Origin: Hemiscyllium ocellatum
Lineage: Eukaryota
Length of the DNA: 64,000 nucleotides
Direction of reading: 5' to 3'
Assembly (NCBI RefSeq): GCF_020745735.1
Contig: NW_026867526.1
Span: 124,001-188,000, forward strand
A model generated the notes under the pieces. That model worked only from the letters and a program-made list of their open reading frames with translations, was not told the DNA's origin and searched no databases. Positions 23,040 to 36,599 of the stretch are shown piece after piece. Both the position numbers and the translations under genes were made by a program. Positions within the stretch are counted from its first letter, which is position 1; each line of letters begins with the position of its first letter.

Positions 23040-23870
23040 GAACTGAATTCCAGAAATGAGAGGAGAGTGACAGCCCTTCACATTAAGGTCACATTCGACA
23101 GAGTCTGATATTATGGAGTCCTAGCAAAACTGGATTCAATGGGTATCAGGTGACAACCTCCCTGCTGCCTGCAGTCAGACCTCACACATTGGAAGGTGGC
23201 TCTGCTTGTTAGAGGGCAGTCGTCTCAGCCAAAGCAAATCTCTGTTGGAGTTCCTAAAGAAAGTGCCCTTGGCCCAATCATGTTCAGCTGCTTCAGCAAT
23301 GCCTTTCCCTCCCTCAGAAGGTCAGAAGTGAAATCTGCATTGATCTAGCACTTTTTTTGGGACTGCTCAGTCCACATTCAAACGCAACAAAATCTGGACA
23401 ATTTCCAGCCTTGAGCTGACAAGTGGCAAATAGCATTCACACCACAAACCTGCGAGACAATGACCATTGACAATAAGAGACAATCTAACCAAAACCCCTT
23501 GACATTCAATAGTGTTACCATCACGGAATCCCTCACCATCGACATCCTGGGTTTTATTGTTCATTAGAAATTGAGCTGGACACTCCATATAAATACAATG
23601 GTTGTAAGAGCAGGCCAGAGGCTAGGAATACTGCAGCGAGTAACTCACTCTCCTGACTTGCAAAGCCAATTAACTGCCTAAGAGACAGAAGTCAGGAGGG
23701 TAATAGCACAGCTCGCCCTTTGACTGGACAGGAGCACCTTCAACTGCACTCAAGAAGCTAGGCATTGTCCAGGACAAAGCATCCCACTTGATCAGCAGCA
23801 CATCCACAAGCATCCATTGCCTCCAAATCTGATGCTTAGTACCTGTCATATGCTGAAAAATGTGTTGCTA
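23040..23870 (+). mobile_element. Decayed L2/CR1-clade LINE RT fragment
   Basis: ALHIKVTFDRV..., GVPKESALGPIMFSCF-like RT remnants with many stops. Confidence 0.6.
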
Positions 23871-24584
23871 GAAAAGCACAGGAGGTCAGGCAGCATCCAA
23901 GGAACAGGATGATTCGGGCATAAGCCCTTCTTCAGGCAAACCTGCCGTATGCACTGTCTAAAATACTGCACTGCAGTAACTTAGCCACTTCCTTACACAG
24001 TACCTTCCCACTCCCACTTGCATCTCGATGGATAAGAACAGCAGATACATGGGAACAGCACCACTGTAAGCTCTTCTCTAAACTACTCAGCATCCTGACA
24101 TGGAAATATATCATCGATCTTTCACTGTAACTGGGTCAAAATCTGGAATTCCCTTCCTCAGGTCATTTTGGAAGATGTTATTTCAGAAAGGCAGCTTTCT
24201 GCCATCTTCTGAAGGACACCTACCGACAACTAAAAGCAACCACCGTGTTCCATGAGTCAATAAAACAATCATTGAAGCTAATATGACAGTTTGAGAAAGT
24301 GGTTAAGGAGGCATTATGAGTATGTAATAAGCAATCGAAAGGTTTGGAGTAAAGTTCCAGAATCAATCTCTACCAAAGTAGCTTCAATTAATGAAAGAGT
24401 ATGAAATGAAACTGCTGAAGTAACGAATGATAATCACAGACCTACCAAAGGTTTGAAGCATGTTACATGGTTCAGTATTGTCCTTCAGAGGAGGATGTGT
24501 GACCTTCCTACCTGGCCTGCCCGACCTGTTCAACAAAAAGGCGATGGTTCCTTTCCTGTGCCGAACCTGACTAAGAAATCCATC

Positions 24585-24810
24585 AGGAGAAAGTGAGGAC
24601 TGCAGGTGCTGGAGATCTGAGTGGAGAGTGTAGTGCTGGAAAAGCACAGTAGGTCAGGCAGCATCCAAGGAGCAGGAGAATCAATGTTCCAGCCATAACA
24701 ACTACATCAGGTATCTTAATGAAGGCCTTATGCCCAAAACATCGATTCTCCTGCTCCTCGGACGCTGCCTGACCTGCTGTACTTTTCCAGCACTACAGTC
24801 TCGACTGAGA
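24585..24810. mobile_element. Inverted pair of Penelope-type terminal fragments
   Basis: tgtagtgctggaaaagcacagtaggtcaggcagcatcc is mirrored by ggacgctgcctgacctgctgtacttttccagcactaca. Confidence 0.7.
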
Positions 24811-27800
24811 AGCCATTTGGTTGTAATAAAGCTTCTTAAGAAAGATCAAACATAATTAGCCGAGCAAGATGGCAGGCCTTCAAAAAGGGAGCTGATGGCC
24901 ACCTTCTTGGGATATGTGACTAACGTTTTCATAATTCAGTGAAGAATTCAACAAATGCTAATGACGATGAGTCAGGCTCTTCAGACAGAGTCCGGTACAG
25001 ATTTTAGATTGGTGAGTGGATGCAAAGTCTCCTGTGATGTTGCTGTGAACAGCAAGAGAGTTCTTGCCAGTATTTCACTCCAATATTTGTTCATGATGTA
25101 AAGTGTCAGATTTATTGCATTTCTGTGCTTTCTGTACATTGCCAACATTCGGATCACAGTGATGATATCATGGGACCAGTATTCTCGAACTCCAGTTTGA
25201 TGTTGGATGGCCAGGGTTTGGAATATCATCGTTTGCCCAGAGTGAAATGTGAATTTAAAGAAATCCTGGAATCAGAAAGGAAGGCAAATGGTGACCATGT
25301 AACCCGAGTCAATGGAAAAATACAAAAACAGCTGGTTCACGAATGACAAGGCATCTGTCACCTTTACATGGTCTGGCCGACATGAGATTCCAGACCCACT
25401 GGGAAGTATTTGACTGTGTTCTAAAGTGGCTTTAGCAAGCTATTCAATGGACAGTTGGGGATAGGGACTCATTGCTGACCCTTACCATTAAATAATACAT
25501 GTAACGAAACCTCGTAACAACGATATCAATTAAATGTAATTGTTGCGGCAGTTCCTGTATTTCACGTGAATATTCTAAATTTGCAGAATTTTCAGCACTG
25601 AATTCTTAACCTAAATAAAAGTTTTAAATTATTTATCTTTCAGAAATAAATAAAATCTGTTGCAATTCGGCTTCATAAATTTTTATTCACTTCTGCAAAT
25701 GGTCAACATTCTTAAAATAAACTTGTTTCGATTTGAAACTTACCACCAAATCACTTCATTCACCTGGCTTTGCTGCCACCATCACTTCCTTGAAGCCAAT
25801 TATGCATTTATGTAAATAAACACAGAAATAGAATTCTCAGAATAGATTACAGAACCACAAAACCCTAATTTATATTTCCCCACAAGCACATCACACGAAT
25901 TGTGGAAAAATGCAAATAACTCAATGGATTCCAATACTAATTGATGTTAGGACTTTTTAATACATAAGTTGTATGATTGTTGAATGACAGAGGTATCAAT
26001 TGTCATGTTGAGTCAAAAAACTATAATTAAGAGATACATTGGCACAGCTAATATTTCTGTGTCTCTTTTTCTCTCTTCCCCTCCTGCCTTCCCCCTTTTT
26101 TCTTTATCTCTGATGCATTGTTTTGCCTCTCCACAATCGGACAATGTTTTCCTCAATAACATGAAGCCAACACCTCACCAACATTGCCTCTCAGCCAAAT
26201 TCATCCATTTCTTTCGAGAGATTTGAGTCAGGACAGCAAGTTTTTCTCAAACATCTGTGAGTATTGAGTGATCTGGAAATGCTTGATAGGAATGAGGCTG
26301 CAAGCCTTTACTGTGTTAGTGTTTTCATTGTATCTCTGCACTATTATTCTTGTCTGAGGAATGTTTAATGGTTCAGTGTAATGCATATTTAGTCTATAAT
26401 TAACCTTACACTGCACATCTCATGGAAGGTTTAATATTGTAGAGGTCAATTTATTCTGTATCGACTCTGGGAGGATTCTTTTTAGGGAATCCTGGATGCA
26501 GCTCTACTCTGTGTCTAAACCAAAATATATTTGACATGATTGCATTGGACAACACAATATAGAGGGAGATTTACCCAGAACATTACATGAGCTGTACAAT
26601 CACGGAAAACATTTGATGTAGCTGTGTAAAGGGGCTTGAACTCCTACCCACTGCCTTTCTGATTTTGAAATGCTTGATACCAGAATAAAAAGGGAACAAC
26701 ACTATGCATCAAAACTTTGTTATACAAGTAGATTATCATCTACAGTCACAGACATACACACACACATAAGCAAATCATCTCTGAACAACCCTTGCAGTGT
26801 TTAATGGATGAGTACTGAGAGAGCTTTAATATGCAATGTGTGTGTATTCCATGCAACACATGCCGCCAGTGTGCTTGATATGGTAGTTTACATGTAGTTT
26901 TGATCTGTCTTTAACCTTTTCTGTGACAGCCGTGGTTGTGTTTGACAAATATTCAACAGAACTGGAGGACTATAAATGTAGTCACTGCATTAGAGGCAGA
27001 ATGCAATGCCATCAAACAGTGAGAAAGATGATCCCTGTCTTTTTTCATGATGAGGAGGGATTGAAGCAGCTGGGCTTCAAACATGAAATGGAGGGTAATT
27101 TCGATGAGACCTATATAATTCTGAAAAGACTAACTTCGAGCAAAAGTCAATGAGAGGGAACCAGAAGCAGTCTGTTCAGCCAATGGGGTTTGAGCTTCCA
27201 AACAATGACATCATAGCTGAGCTGATAATCCTCACCTCCACTTTTCAGCGTTTAACTGTAAGCATTGATTCAATTCCCAAATCAAAACCTGCCCATTTCA
27301 GCCTTCAAAATACTGAATGACCCAGCCTCGACAGTGTTCTATGGAAACAAATTCCACAGATTCACTACATTCTGGGAGACAAACTTCTGTTCTGCCTGAC
27401 ATTTGTGACCTCTCATTCAGAGATTTTACTCACTGGTCCGAACCTCTTCCACAAGGGGAAACAACATTTCTGCATTTACACCATCAAGTTTCCTGAAAAT
27501 AATAGATGTTTCAGAATGTCACCACTGAATCTTCTATGTTCTAATGGGTATAGGCCCAAACGACTCAGTCTCTACTCTCAAGACAATCCCTCCATCCTCA
27601 GGATCAGTCGGCTAAACCTCGTGTGGATTGTCTCACAGTCCAGTGTACCTTTTCTTTGTGAGATGAGTCCCAAGAACAGTCCACAGTATTCCAGCTGTGG
27701 TAAAAATACAGCTTCTTTTCAGTTTAAACAAACATTATAGTCATACAGATATCAGGCACAGAAACAGACCCTTCGGTCCAACTGCACTGACCAGATATCC

Positions 27801-28699
27801 CAACCCGACTGAGTACCATTTGCCAGACATTTGGCCTATCTTTCTCTAAATGTTCCCTGTTCATACACCCATCCAGGTGCCTTTTAAATGTAGTAATTGA
27901 ACCCACCTCCACCACTACCACTGGCAGCTGTTTCCATACATACACGTGAAAAGGTGGCCCCTCAGGTTCTTTTCAAACGTTTCCCCTCTCACCTTAATCT
28001 GCTGTCCTCTAGTTTTGGACTCTCCCACTCGAGGAAAAAGGCCTTGGCTATTCACCATATCAATGCCCTGCATGATTTTATAGGGTCTTGTTCAGGCCAC
28101 TCCTCAGCCTCCTTTCCTCTCACTGTAGAGAAAAGAAAAGCCCCAGTCTATTCAGCTTCACCTTATACCTTAAACAGGGAGGCTATTTCCACTGGTGGGT
28201 GAAATTAGAATGACGGGGCATAACATTAAAATAAGGGCAACAGATTTAGGACTGAGTTGAGGATCAACATCTTCACCCAAAGGGTTGTGAAGCTGTGGAA
28301 TTCCCTGCCTAGTGAAGCAGCTGAGGCCAACCTGTTGAATGTTTTAAAGGTGAAAATAGATTTTTTAACAGTAAAGGAATGGAGGGTTATAGTGAGCGGG
28401 TGGGTAAGTGGAATCTTAGTCCATTGAAAGATGATCCATGATGTTATTGAAAGGCAGAGCAGACTCATGGGGTCAGATGGCCTACTCCTGATCGTATTTC
28501 TAATGTTTGGATGTTGTTATGTTCTAACAGGCCTCCCATCCAAAACGTAATGCTCTCTGACTACTAAGTAAAAACTGAAAGAACTGTGGATGCTGTGCAT
28601 CAGAAACAAAAACGGAAACTGCTGGAAATGTTCAGAAGGTCTGGCAGCATCTCTGGTGTGAAAGGCTCACCAGTTTATGGTTCCCTGGCTTTTCCATAC

Positions 28700-30120
28700 A
28701 ACTTTCTTCAATAATGCTGCCACATTAGTCACTCTCCAGTCTTCTGGCATCTCATCTATGATTATCAACGATACAAATATCTCAGCAAGGGGTCCACGAA
28801 TCTCTTCCCTAGCTTCCCACAAGGTTCTGAGAAAACCTAACCAGGTCTCCAGGATTTATTCCCATTTTTCTACTGTAAGACCTCCAACACCTCCTCTTCT
28901 GTAAGATGAACTCATTTTAAGATCACATTATTTATTTCCCAAGTTCCTTAGCTTCTATGCTCCTGTCTACTGTAAATATTGATACAAAATATTTGCTTAG
29001 TGTCTCAGCCATCTCCTGTGGTTCCATGTATGGAAAGCCATGTTGGTCTTTAAGGGTTGTATTCTCTCCTTAGTTATTCTTTTAACCTTAAAACAATTTT
29101 AGAATCTTTTCGGATTCTCCTTAATTCTATTTGCCAAAGCAATTTCATGCCCCCTTTTTTCCCTCATGATTTCCTGGTTAAGGATACTCCGACTGCCCTT
29201 ATCCCCTTCTCAGGATTCACTCAATCCCAGCTGTCTATATCTGATGAATGCCCCCTTCGTTTTCTGGACAGGAGTTGCAATTTCCCTCATCATTGAGCTT
29301 TTCCCATGCCTTGCCCTTCACACAAACAGAAACATACCATCACTGAACTCTCATTGTCTCATTCTTAAAGGCCTCCCACTTGTCAGCCGTCCCTTTACCT
29401 GAGAATAATCTCCCTCAACCAACTTCTCAAAGTCTTCTACCATCGAAACTGGCCACACTCCAATTTGAAACTTTCATTTTTAAATCAATTCTATCCTTTC
29501 TCATCATTATTATTAAACCAATAGAATTATGATCACTTTCCCTGAAGTGTGCCCCTACAGACACCTCAGTCACTTGTCCTGCCTTGATTCCCAACAGAAG
29601 GTCAAGTATTGCGAACTGTCCAGTAGGTGCATCCACATATTGAATAACAACGTTTTCTTGTACACACTTAACCAATTTCTCCACATTCCAAGATCTAAAC
29701 ACTACCCCAAACTCTGTTTGAAAAGTTAAACTTCCCTGCCATTATCCTCAATCCTTACAGATAGCATAATCGCTTGTAAATTTCCCACTGACTATTAGGA
29801 GGCCCATTTTACAATCCCAGCAAGGTCATCACCTCTTTCTTATTTTTAAGTTTCATCCATATAACTTCACTGGGCAGTCTCCAAGAAATATCCTCTCTAC
29901 ATCCAGCTGTAATGTTCTTTCTAATCAAAAACACCACTCCATCTCCTCTCTTGCTCCTCTGTCTATACATTCTATAACATCTGTATCCTGGAACATTAAG
30001 TTGCCAGTCCTGTTCATCCCTGACCCACATTTCTGTAATGGGAATGTTATCCTTGTCCCACATTCCCATCTATGCCCCTATGTTCATCTGTCTCACATGT
30101 CAGATCTCTTGCATCGAAGT
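28700..30120 (-). mobile_element. Decayed CR1 LINE (endonuclease to RT N-terminal part)
   Basis: Minus-strand remnants ITEMWVRDEQDWQLNVPGYRCYR, CVQENVVIQYVDAPT...ILDLLLG...SDHNSI. Confidence 0.8.
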
Positions 30121-31509
30121 AAATGCAGTTTAGCAGTCTTACCTTGCTCTTGCCAAACTGTTGTCTGCCTTGACCCCTAGAATTGCTCACCACATCTCAC
30201 ATCAAACATTTCTCTTTTCTCACTATCTTGTTGGTTCCCACCATCCCCCTTACTAATTTAAAACCTTCAGCATACTGCTAGCAAATTTCCCCACAAGAAT
30301 ATCGGTCCCCTTCCAATTCAGGTCCCTCTTATATAGGTCATTTCTATTCCTGAAGAGATCCCAATGATTGAAAAATGGGAATCCTAACCCCTGCAGCAGC
30401 TCCTCAGCTACACATTCGCTGCTCTATCTGACTGTTCCTAATCTCAATATTCCATTAGTTTTTAAACAAACCCCAACATGACATTTGCCATCTTTATTGA
30501 CAGTTGAAATTAAAAGCTAACTTTTTGTGGTTCGGAGATGCAGACTTCCTGTAGATTTCTGAATTCAATCTCTATCTTGCCTGTTAAAATGCACAAGTTC
30601 ACCGTTTATGTCTGTTCTCATTTATTTAATCCACATTACATTAATGTGCAAAGCTCCTTGTTCACTCTCGTCCTATCTGTATCGCTCCACAAACTTCTTT
30701 TTGTGTCATACTCACCACTTGTCTCTGCTCCAATTTTTGTGTCATTCGCAAACTTGCCTACAATATACTCACTTTCCTCATCTAAGTCATCAAAATACTT
30801 TGTAAATTTTTTTTCTCCCCCAGAACAGATTTATGTGGTACTCCACACTTTGACATCCTGTAAAATAAAACACTTCATCAAACTTTTCTGATTGGGATTT
30901 CAAAAATCCTCTCTCCACATTAATACAGTCCCTCCCAAGCCAAGGCTCCTTTCTCATTCAGTAATCTTATGCATGGGTGCTATCAAACTCCTTCAGAAAA
31001 TCAAAACATATTACAATCACAGTTTCCTCCATTTTCTCCAAGAATTCCAAGACATTTATCAGGCAAGATTTCCATTTTGTAAAGCCATTCTCAGTTTTCT
31101 GCTGTAACATCCTTTTTTAAAGACTCCATCATTTTTTTCAATAAATGATGTTAAACTAAGTAGCCTCAGTCAACCTTTTGTGTGCCTTAACTTTTTATGA
31201 GTGAAGGTGTTGGTTGAAGGATCTACTATCAGCCATCACTTCCACCAGCTGGAGAAGCACTGTCATCTACTGTGAAAAACTCAACAAAATGTATCTATGT
31301 TCATTTACTGAGAAAGCAATTCCACAAATGTTCAAGCTCATCACCTTCTGCTGGCGGTCCCAGATTTTATGAAGCAATTCATTGAAAGTCCAACAAGGCT
31401 AATTAGCATCAAACCAAGATCAATATTTGAGCAGAAATATCTCAATTCCTGGTCACATATTTTTGTTCATCTCTTTTTAGGACATTAGCTTTGACAATGT
31501 GGAGACTGT

Positions 31510-32420
31510 ATGGATGGAGCTGTGAAATACCAAAGGACAAAAAACATTAGTGGGTGTCATACACAGACCCCCAGACTGCAGTGGTCATATCGGAATAGTA
31601 TTCAACAGGAAATTAGCCAAGCATGTGATATGGAGACATCTGTGATCATGGGTGATTTTAATCTGCATCGAGATTGGACAAATCAAATTAGCCACAATGT
31701 CTTAGAGGAAAAATTCCTGGAGTACATACGGGATGGTTTTCTTAACCAATATGTGGATGAACCAACTAGAGAGCAGGCCATCTTAGACTGGGGACTGTGT
31801 AATGAGAAGGGAATCATTGCCAATCTAGCTGCATGAGAGTCCTTGGGGATGAGTGACCATGACATGATACAACTTTTTTATCAAGATGGAGAGTGAGCCA
31901 GCTGATTTGGAGACTAGGGTGCTGAATTTTAATAAATGAAACTATGAAGATATATAAGGCATGAGTTGGCATTGATAGATCAGTGAAAGTTGCTTAAAGG
32001 TGTGACAGTAGATAGGCATTGGCAAATATTCAAGGAAATCATGGGAGAACTGCAACAACTATTTCTTCCTGTCTGGTACAAAAGCAAAATGGGTAACAGG
32101 GCCAATCCATGGCTTATAAAGGAAATTAGATAGCATCCAATTGAAGGAAATAGCATAGAAATGGGCCAAGAAAAATAATCGGTCTGATGTTTGAGAGCAG
32201 TTTTGAATTCAGCAAAGAAGGACCAAGGGATTGATTAAGATGGGGAAAACAGTCCAAAAGAAAGTAAGCTTGCAGGGAGCATGAAGACTGACGCTACAAG
32301 GTTCTACAGTGCATGAAGAGAAAGAGATTGATGAAGACAAATGGTAGGTCCCTCCAGATGGAAATTGGGGAAATGTATAACAAAGGACAACAAAACAGCT
32401 GAGCAATTGTATCCATCCTT
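31510..32420 (+). mobile_element. Decayed CR1 LINE endonuclease region
   Basis: VIMGDFNLHRDW...FLEYIRDGFLNQYVDEPTREQAILDWGLCNE, APE-endonuclease motifs. Confidence 0.85.
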
Positions 32421-32989
32421 TAGTTCTGTCTTCACAAAAACCGACAGTTATACAGGAGGTGGGTGAGGCTGCAGTTGGAGCATGTGTTCTGTTTTAGTCA
32501 CCTTGCTCGAGGAAGGATGTTATTAAACTGGAAAGAGTGCAGAAGAAATTTCTAAGGATGTTGCTCGCACTCAGTGTTATAAGGAGAGGCTGAACAAGCT
32601 AGAACTTCTTTTCTTGGCAGTCTAGGAGACTGAGAGGGGATCTTATAGAACTGTACAAAATTATGAGAGGCATACACTCAGTCTTTTTTGACTTGAAGAA
32701 GTTTTCCTCCTCTGTCTACAAGATCTTTCCACTCTGCAGGCTCCTGCCTCTATTCCCGATGAAGGGTTTTTGCCCGACACGTCGATTTTCCTGCTCCTCG
32801 GATGCTGCCTGACCTGCTGTGCTTTTCCAGCTCCACTCTCATCTAGACTCTGGTTTCCAGCATCGGCCATCCTTGTTTTTAACTAGTTGGTTTATATCAG
32901 ACAGGCAGAGATTGGCGTCAGTGTCTGTGGGGCTGGTTTATAGCAGACAGACAGAGATTGGTGTCAGTGTCTGTGGGGCTGGTTTATAG

Positions 32990-34690
32990 CAGGTCAGGCA
33001 GCATCCAAAGAGCAGGAGAATCGACGTTTCGGGCATGAGCCCTTCTTCAGGAATGAGAAAAGTATGTCCAGCAGGCTAAGATAACAGGTAGGAAGGAGGA
33101 ACTTGGGGGAGGGGCGTTGGAAATGCGATAGGTGGAAGGAGGTCAAGGTGATGGTGATAGGCCAGAGTGGGGGTGGGGGCGGAGAGGTCAGCAAGAAGAT
33201 TGCAGGTTAGGAAGGCGGTGCTGAATTCGAGGGCTTTGACTGAGACAAGGTGGGGGCAGGGGAAATGAGGAAGCTGGAGAAATCTAGGTTCATCCCTTGT
33301 GGTTGGAGGGTTCCTAGGCAGAAGATAGAACATAGAACATAGAACATAGAAGGATACAGCGCAGTACAGGCCCTTCGGCCCTCGATGTTGCGCCGACCAA
33401 ATCCTACCTAACCTATACTAGCCCAATAACTTCCAAATGCCTATCCAATGCCCGCTTAAATGACCATAAAGAAGGAGAGTTCACCACTGATACGGGCAGG
33501 GCATTCCATGAACTCACAACCCGCTGTGTGAAGAATCCACCCCTAACATCTGTCCTATACCTACCACCCCTTAATTTAAAGCTATGTCCCCTAGTAACAC
33601 CTGACTCCATTAGCGGTAAAAGGTTCTTAGTATCTACCCTATCTAAACCCCTAATCATCTTATACACTTCTATCAGATCTCCCCTAAACCTTCTCTTCTC
33701 CAATGAGAACAGCCCCAAGTGCCTCAGCCTTTCCTCATAAGATTTTCCTACCATTCCAGGCAACATCCTGGTAAACCTCCTCTGCACTCGTTCTAAAGCT
33801 TCCACATCCTTCCTATAGTATGGCGACCAAAACTGCACACAATACTCCAGATGAGGCCTCACCAGAGTCTTATACAACTGCAACATGACCTCAGGACTCC
33901 GGAACTCAATTCCTCTGCCAATAAAGCCCAGTACACCATATGCCTTCCTCACAGCACTATTTACCTGGGTGGCAACTTTCAGAGATCTGTGTACATGGAC
34001 ACCAAGATCCCTCTGCTCATCCACACTACCAAGCAGCCTACCATTAGCCCAGTAATCCATCATCTTGTTATTCCTACCAAAGTGAACGACTTCGCACTTA
34101 GCTACATTGAATTCCATAAGATGAGGTGCTCTTCCTCCAGCCGTCATGTTGCTATGGTGTGGCGATGGAGGAGTCCAAGGACCTGCATGTCCTTGGTGGA
34201 GTGGGAGGGGTAGTTGAAGTGTTGAACCACGGGGTGGTTGGGTTGCTTGGTCCGTGTGTCCCAGAGGTGTTCCCTGAAATGTTCCACAAGTAGGCAGCCT
34301 GTCTCCCCATCACTGGGGGAAGAGTGCCTCATCTTCTGCCTAGGAACCCTCCAAGCACAAGGGATGAACCTAGATTTCTCCAGCTTCCTCATTTCCCCCA
34401 CCTTGTCTCAGTCAAATCCCTTGAACTCAGCACCGCCTTCCTAACCTGCAATCTTCTTCCTGACCTCTCCGCACCAACTCCCACTCCGGCCTATCACCCT
34501 CACCTTGACCTCCTTCCACCTATCGCATTTCCAACGCGCCTCCCCCAAGTCCCTCCTTCCTACCTTTTATCTTAGCCTGCTGGACACACTTTCCTCTTTC
34601 CTGAAGAAGGGCTCATGCCCGAAACGTCGATTCTCCTGCTCTTTGGCTGCTGCCTGACCTGCTGCGCTTTTCCAGCAACACATTTTCAGC
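32990..34690 (-). mobile_element. 5'-truncated Penelope-like element with inverted terminal repeat, interrupted by CR1
   Basis: Minus-strand GETGCLLVEHFREHL...PVVQHFNYPSHSTKDMQVLGLLH...LEEEHLI (GIY-YIG C-terminus, 34320-34118) continues at 33326 into the terminal region. 34331-34660 is an inverted copy of 32994-33326. Confidence 0.88.
33327..34117 (-). mobile_element. Young 5'-truncated CR1 LINE
   Basis: Uninterrupted ORF2 C-terminus MEFNVAKCEVVHFG...PHLEYCVQFWSP...WNALP, a (ctatgtt)n tail at 33327-33350, and AAGAT duplicated at 33322-33326 and 34118-34122. Confidence 0.92.
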
Positions 34691-35480
34691 TATCAGACTG
34701 GGGGAGATTGGTGTTAGTGTCTGTGGGCTGGTTTATATCAGACTGGGGGAGATTGGTGTTAGTGACCGTGGGGCTGGTTTAGATCAGACTGGAGGAAAAT
34801 GTTGTCACTGTCTGTGGGACAGGGTGAAATCAGACATGGGGAGATTTGTGACTGTGGGGTGGTTTATATTCAACAGGGGGTGATTGGTGTCAGTGAGTGA
34901 GGGGCTGGTTTATATCTGACAGGAGGAGTTTGGTGAGGACGTTATAAAGCCAGAAAAGGATCACTTCATGCTTTAATTCGCTTTCAAGGCATACTGGGCA
35001 CTCAAGGGTTAAACATTCCACTGTGAAACAGACTCACTACAGTATCAATTACAGAATAGACAGAACATCTCAGTAGGATAACTGAATCTTCGTGAAGGAA
35101 TCCATTGCAGCCACACATGTGGATTCCTCTGCAGCCTCAGGCAACGGTATTTGTCCTCCCCAGCCCAGACTGATAGCCTTGGCCACAACCCTGTTAAACT
35201 GCCTCCTGCTCCCATTATCTTGCTTCCTCTCCATATTAGCACAGGGATGTGAATTCCCCGTTGAAAACAGGCAAAACCCTTCAGTTTTAATCTCTTCCCA
35301 TTGACACATGATCATGAAGAATACGATAATCAGTTGTTATCGCAGGACATCAACATTCACCGGACCTTGTAAAATTATAATTGCCCATCTTAAACAATGT
35401 AACAACAGTCAACCATGTGGATTATAGACCTTTTGTATCACCACAAGTAGACACACAACTACTTTCAGGGACATGGAGAA

Positions 35481-35776
35481 GGCGGCACGGTGGCACAGTG
35501 GTTAGCACTGCTACCTCACAGCGCCAGGGACCTCGGTTCAATTCCCGACTCAGGCGACTGACTGTGTGGAGTTTGCACATTCTCCCCGTGTCTGCGTGGG
35601 TTTCCTCCGGGTGCTCCGGTTTCCTCCCACAGTCCAAAGACGTGCGGGTCAGATGAATTGGCCATGCTAAATTGCCCATAGTGTTAGGTAAGAGGGGTAT
35701 GGGTGGGTTGCGGGTCGGTGTGGACTTGTTGGGCCGAAGGACCTGTTTCCACACTGTAAGTAATCTAATCTAATCT
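35481..35776 (+). mobile_element. Near-intact tRNA-derived V-SINE (HE1-like)
   Basis: A-box TGGCACAGTGG, B-box GGTTCAATTCC, core TGTGTGGAGTTTGCACATTCTCCCCGTGTCTGCGTGGGTTTCC, and (taatc)n tail. Confidence 0.9.
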
Positions 35777-36599
35777 CGCGCTGCACTCCGATAATAAAGC
35801 ATCTGCTGTTGTACTGAAACTTGTGTCGTCTGGATTTGTGGAACGAAATATAGATTAACAGCCTCACAATTCTATGTTTGATTTTTCATTTTCAATCAGG
35901 AAGTGTCTGCTTCGCCTTCCCATATCTAACAAACCATCAGATTTCATCTCTGCAGCTTCAGATCCTCTCTGTAACCACAAATAAACACTGAGTGATGAAG
36001 ATATTTAGCAGGTGCAGAAGCATCTGCAGAGAGCGAGAACAGAGTTCAAACCCAGGTCTGACAGTGTGTCAGAATAAAGTTCAATCTTGTGGCACTGCCA
36101 CATTGGCAATTGTTAGTGCCAACACCTCAATCAAAGGCTCTTCATTGTCCTGTTGTTTATCGAATGGCAGTGGTCTACAGTGCAGAACAAGTCCCTTCAG
36201 CCCATTGATTCTGTGCCAGTCATAAACAACCATCAAACTATGGTAACCTCATTTCTCAGCCCTCGGCCCATCACCTTGTATAAGGTAAAAACAAGGACTG
36301 CAGATGCTGGAAACCAGAGTCTAGATTAGAGTGGGGCTGGAAAAGCCCAGCAAGTCAGGCAGCATCCAAGGAGCAGGAAAATTGACGTTTCGGGCAAACA
36401 GGACAGACTACAGATTCAAAAACACCAGCAACGGTTCTCCTTCAAGACCCATCACCTTGTATGTCTTGGCATTGCAAGTGCACATCTGAATACTTCTTCA
36501 ATGATTTGAGAGCTTCTGTCTGTAATACCCTTCCGGCAGTGAATTCAGTTTCTCACCACCCTCTGGGTGAAAGCCTTTTTCCTTCATTACACAGACCAT

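Larger units (their letters stand above)
32893..34930. repeat. ~46-bp minisatellite split by nested insertions
   Basis: Units atatcagacaggcagagattggtgtcagtgtctgtggggctggttt occur at 32893-32990 and resume at 34691-34930. Confidence 0.8.

Noticed and set aside
25910-25917. Perfect octamer ATGCAAAT
   Set aside because: It is isolated in AT-rich DNA with no nearby TATA, leader or V, and is expected by chance.
35481-35560. tRNA-like A/B boxes
   Set aside because: These are the head of a tRNA-derived SINE with no cloverleaf or anticodon arm; many paralogous SINE copies occur in the window.
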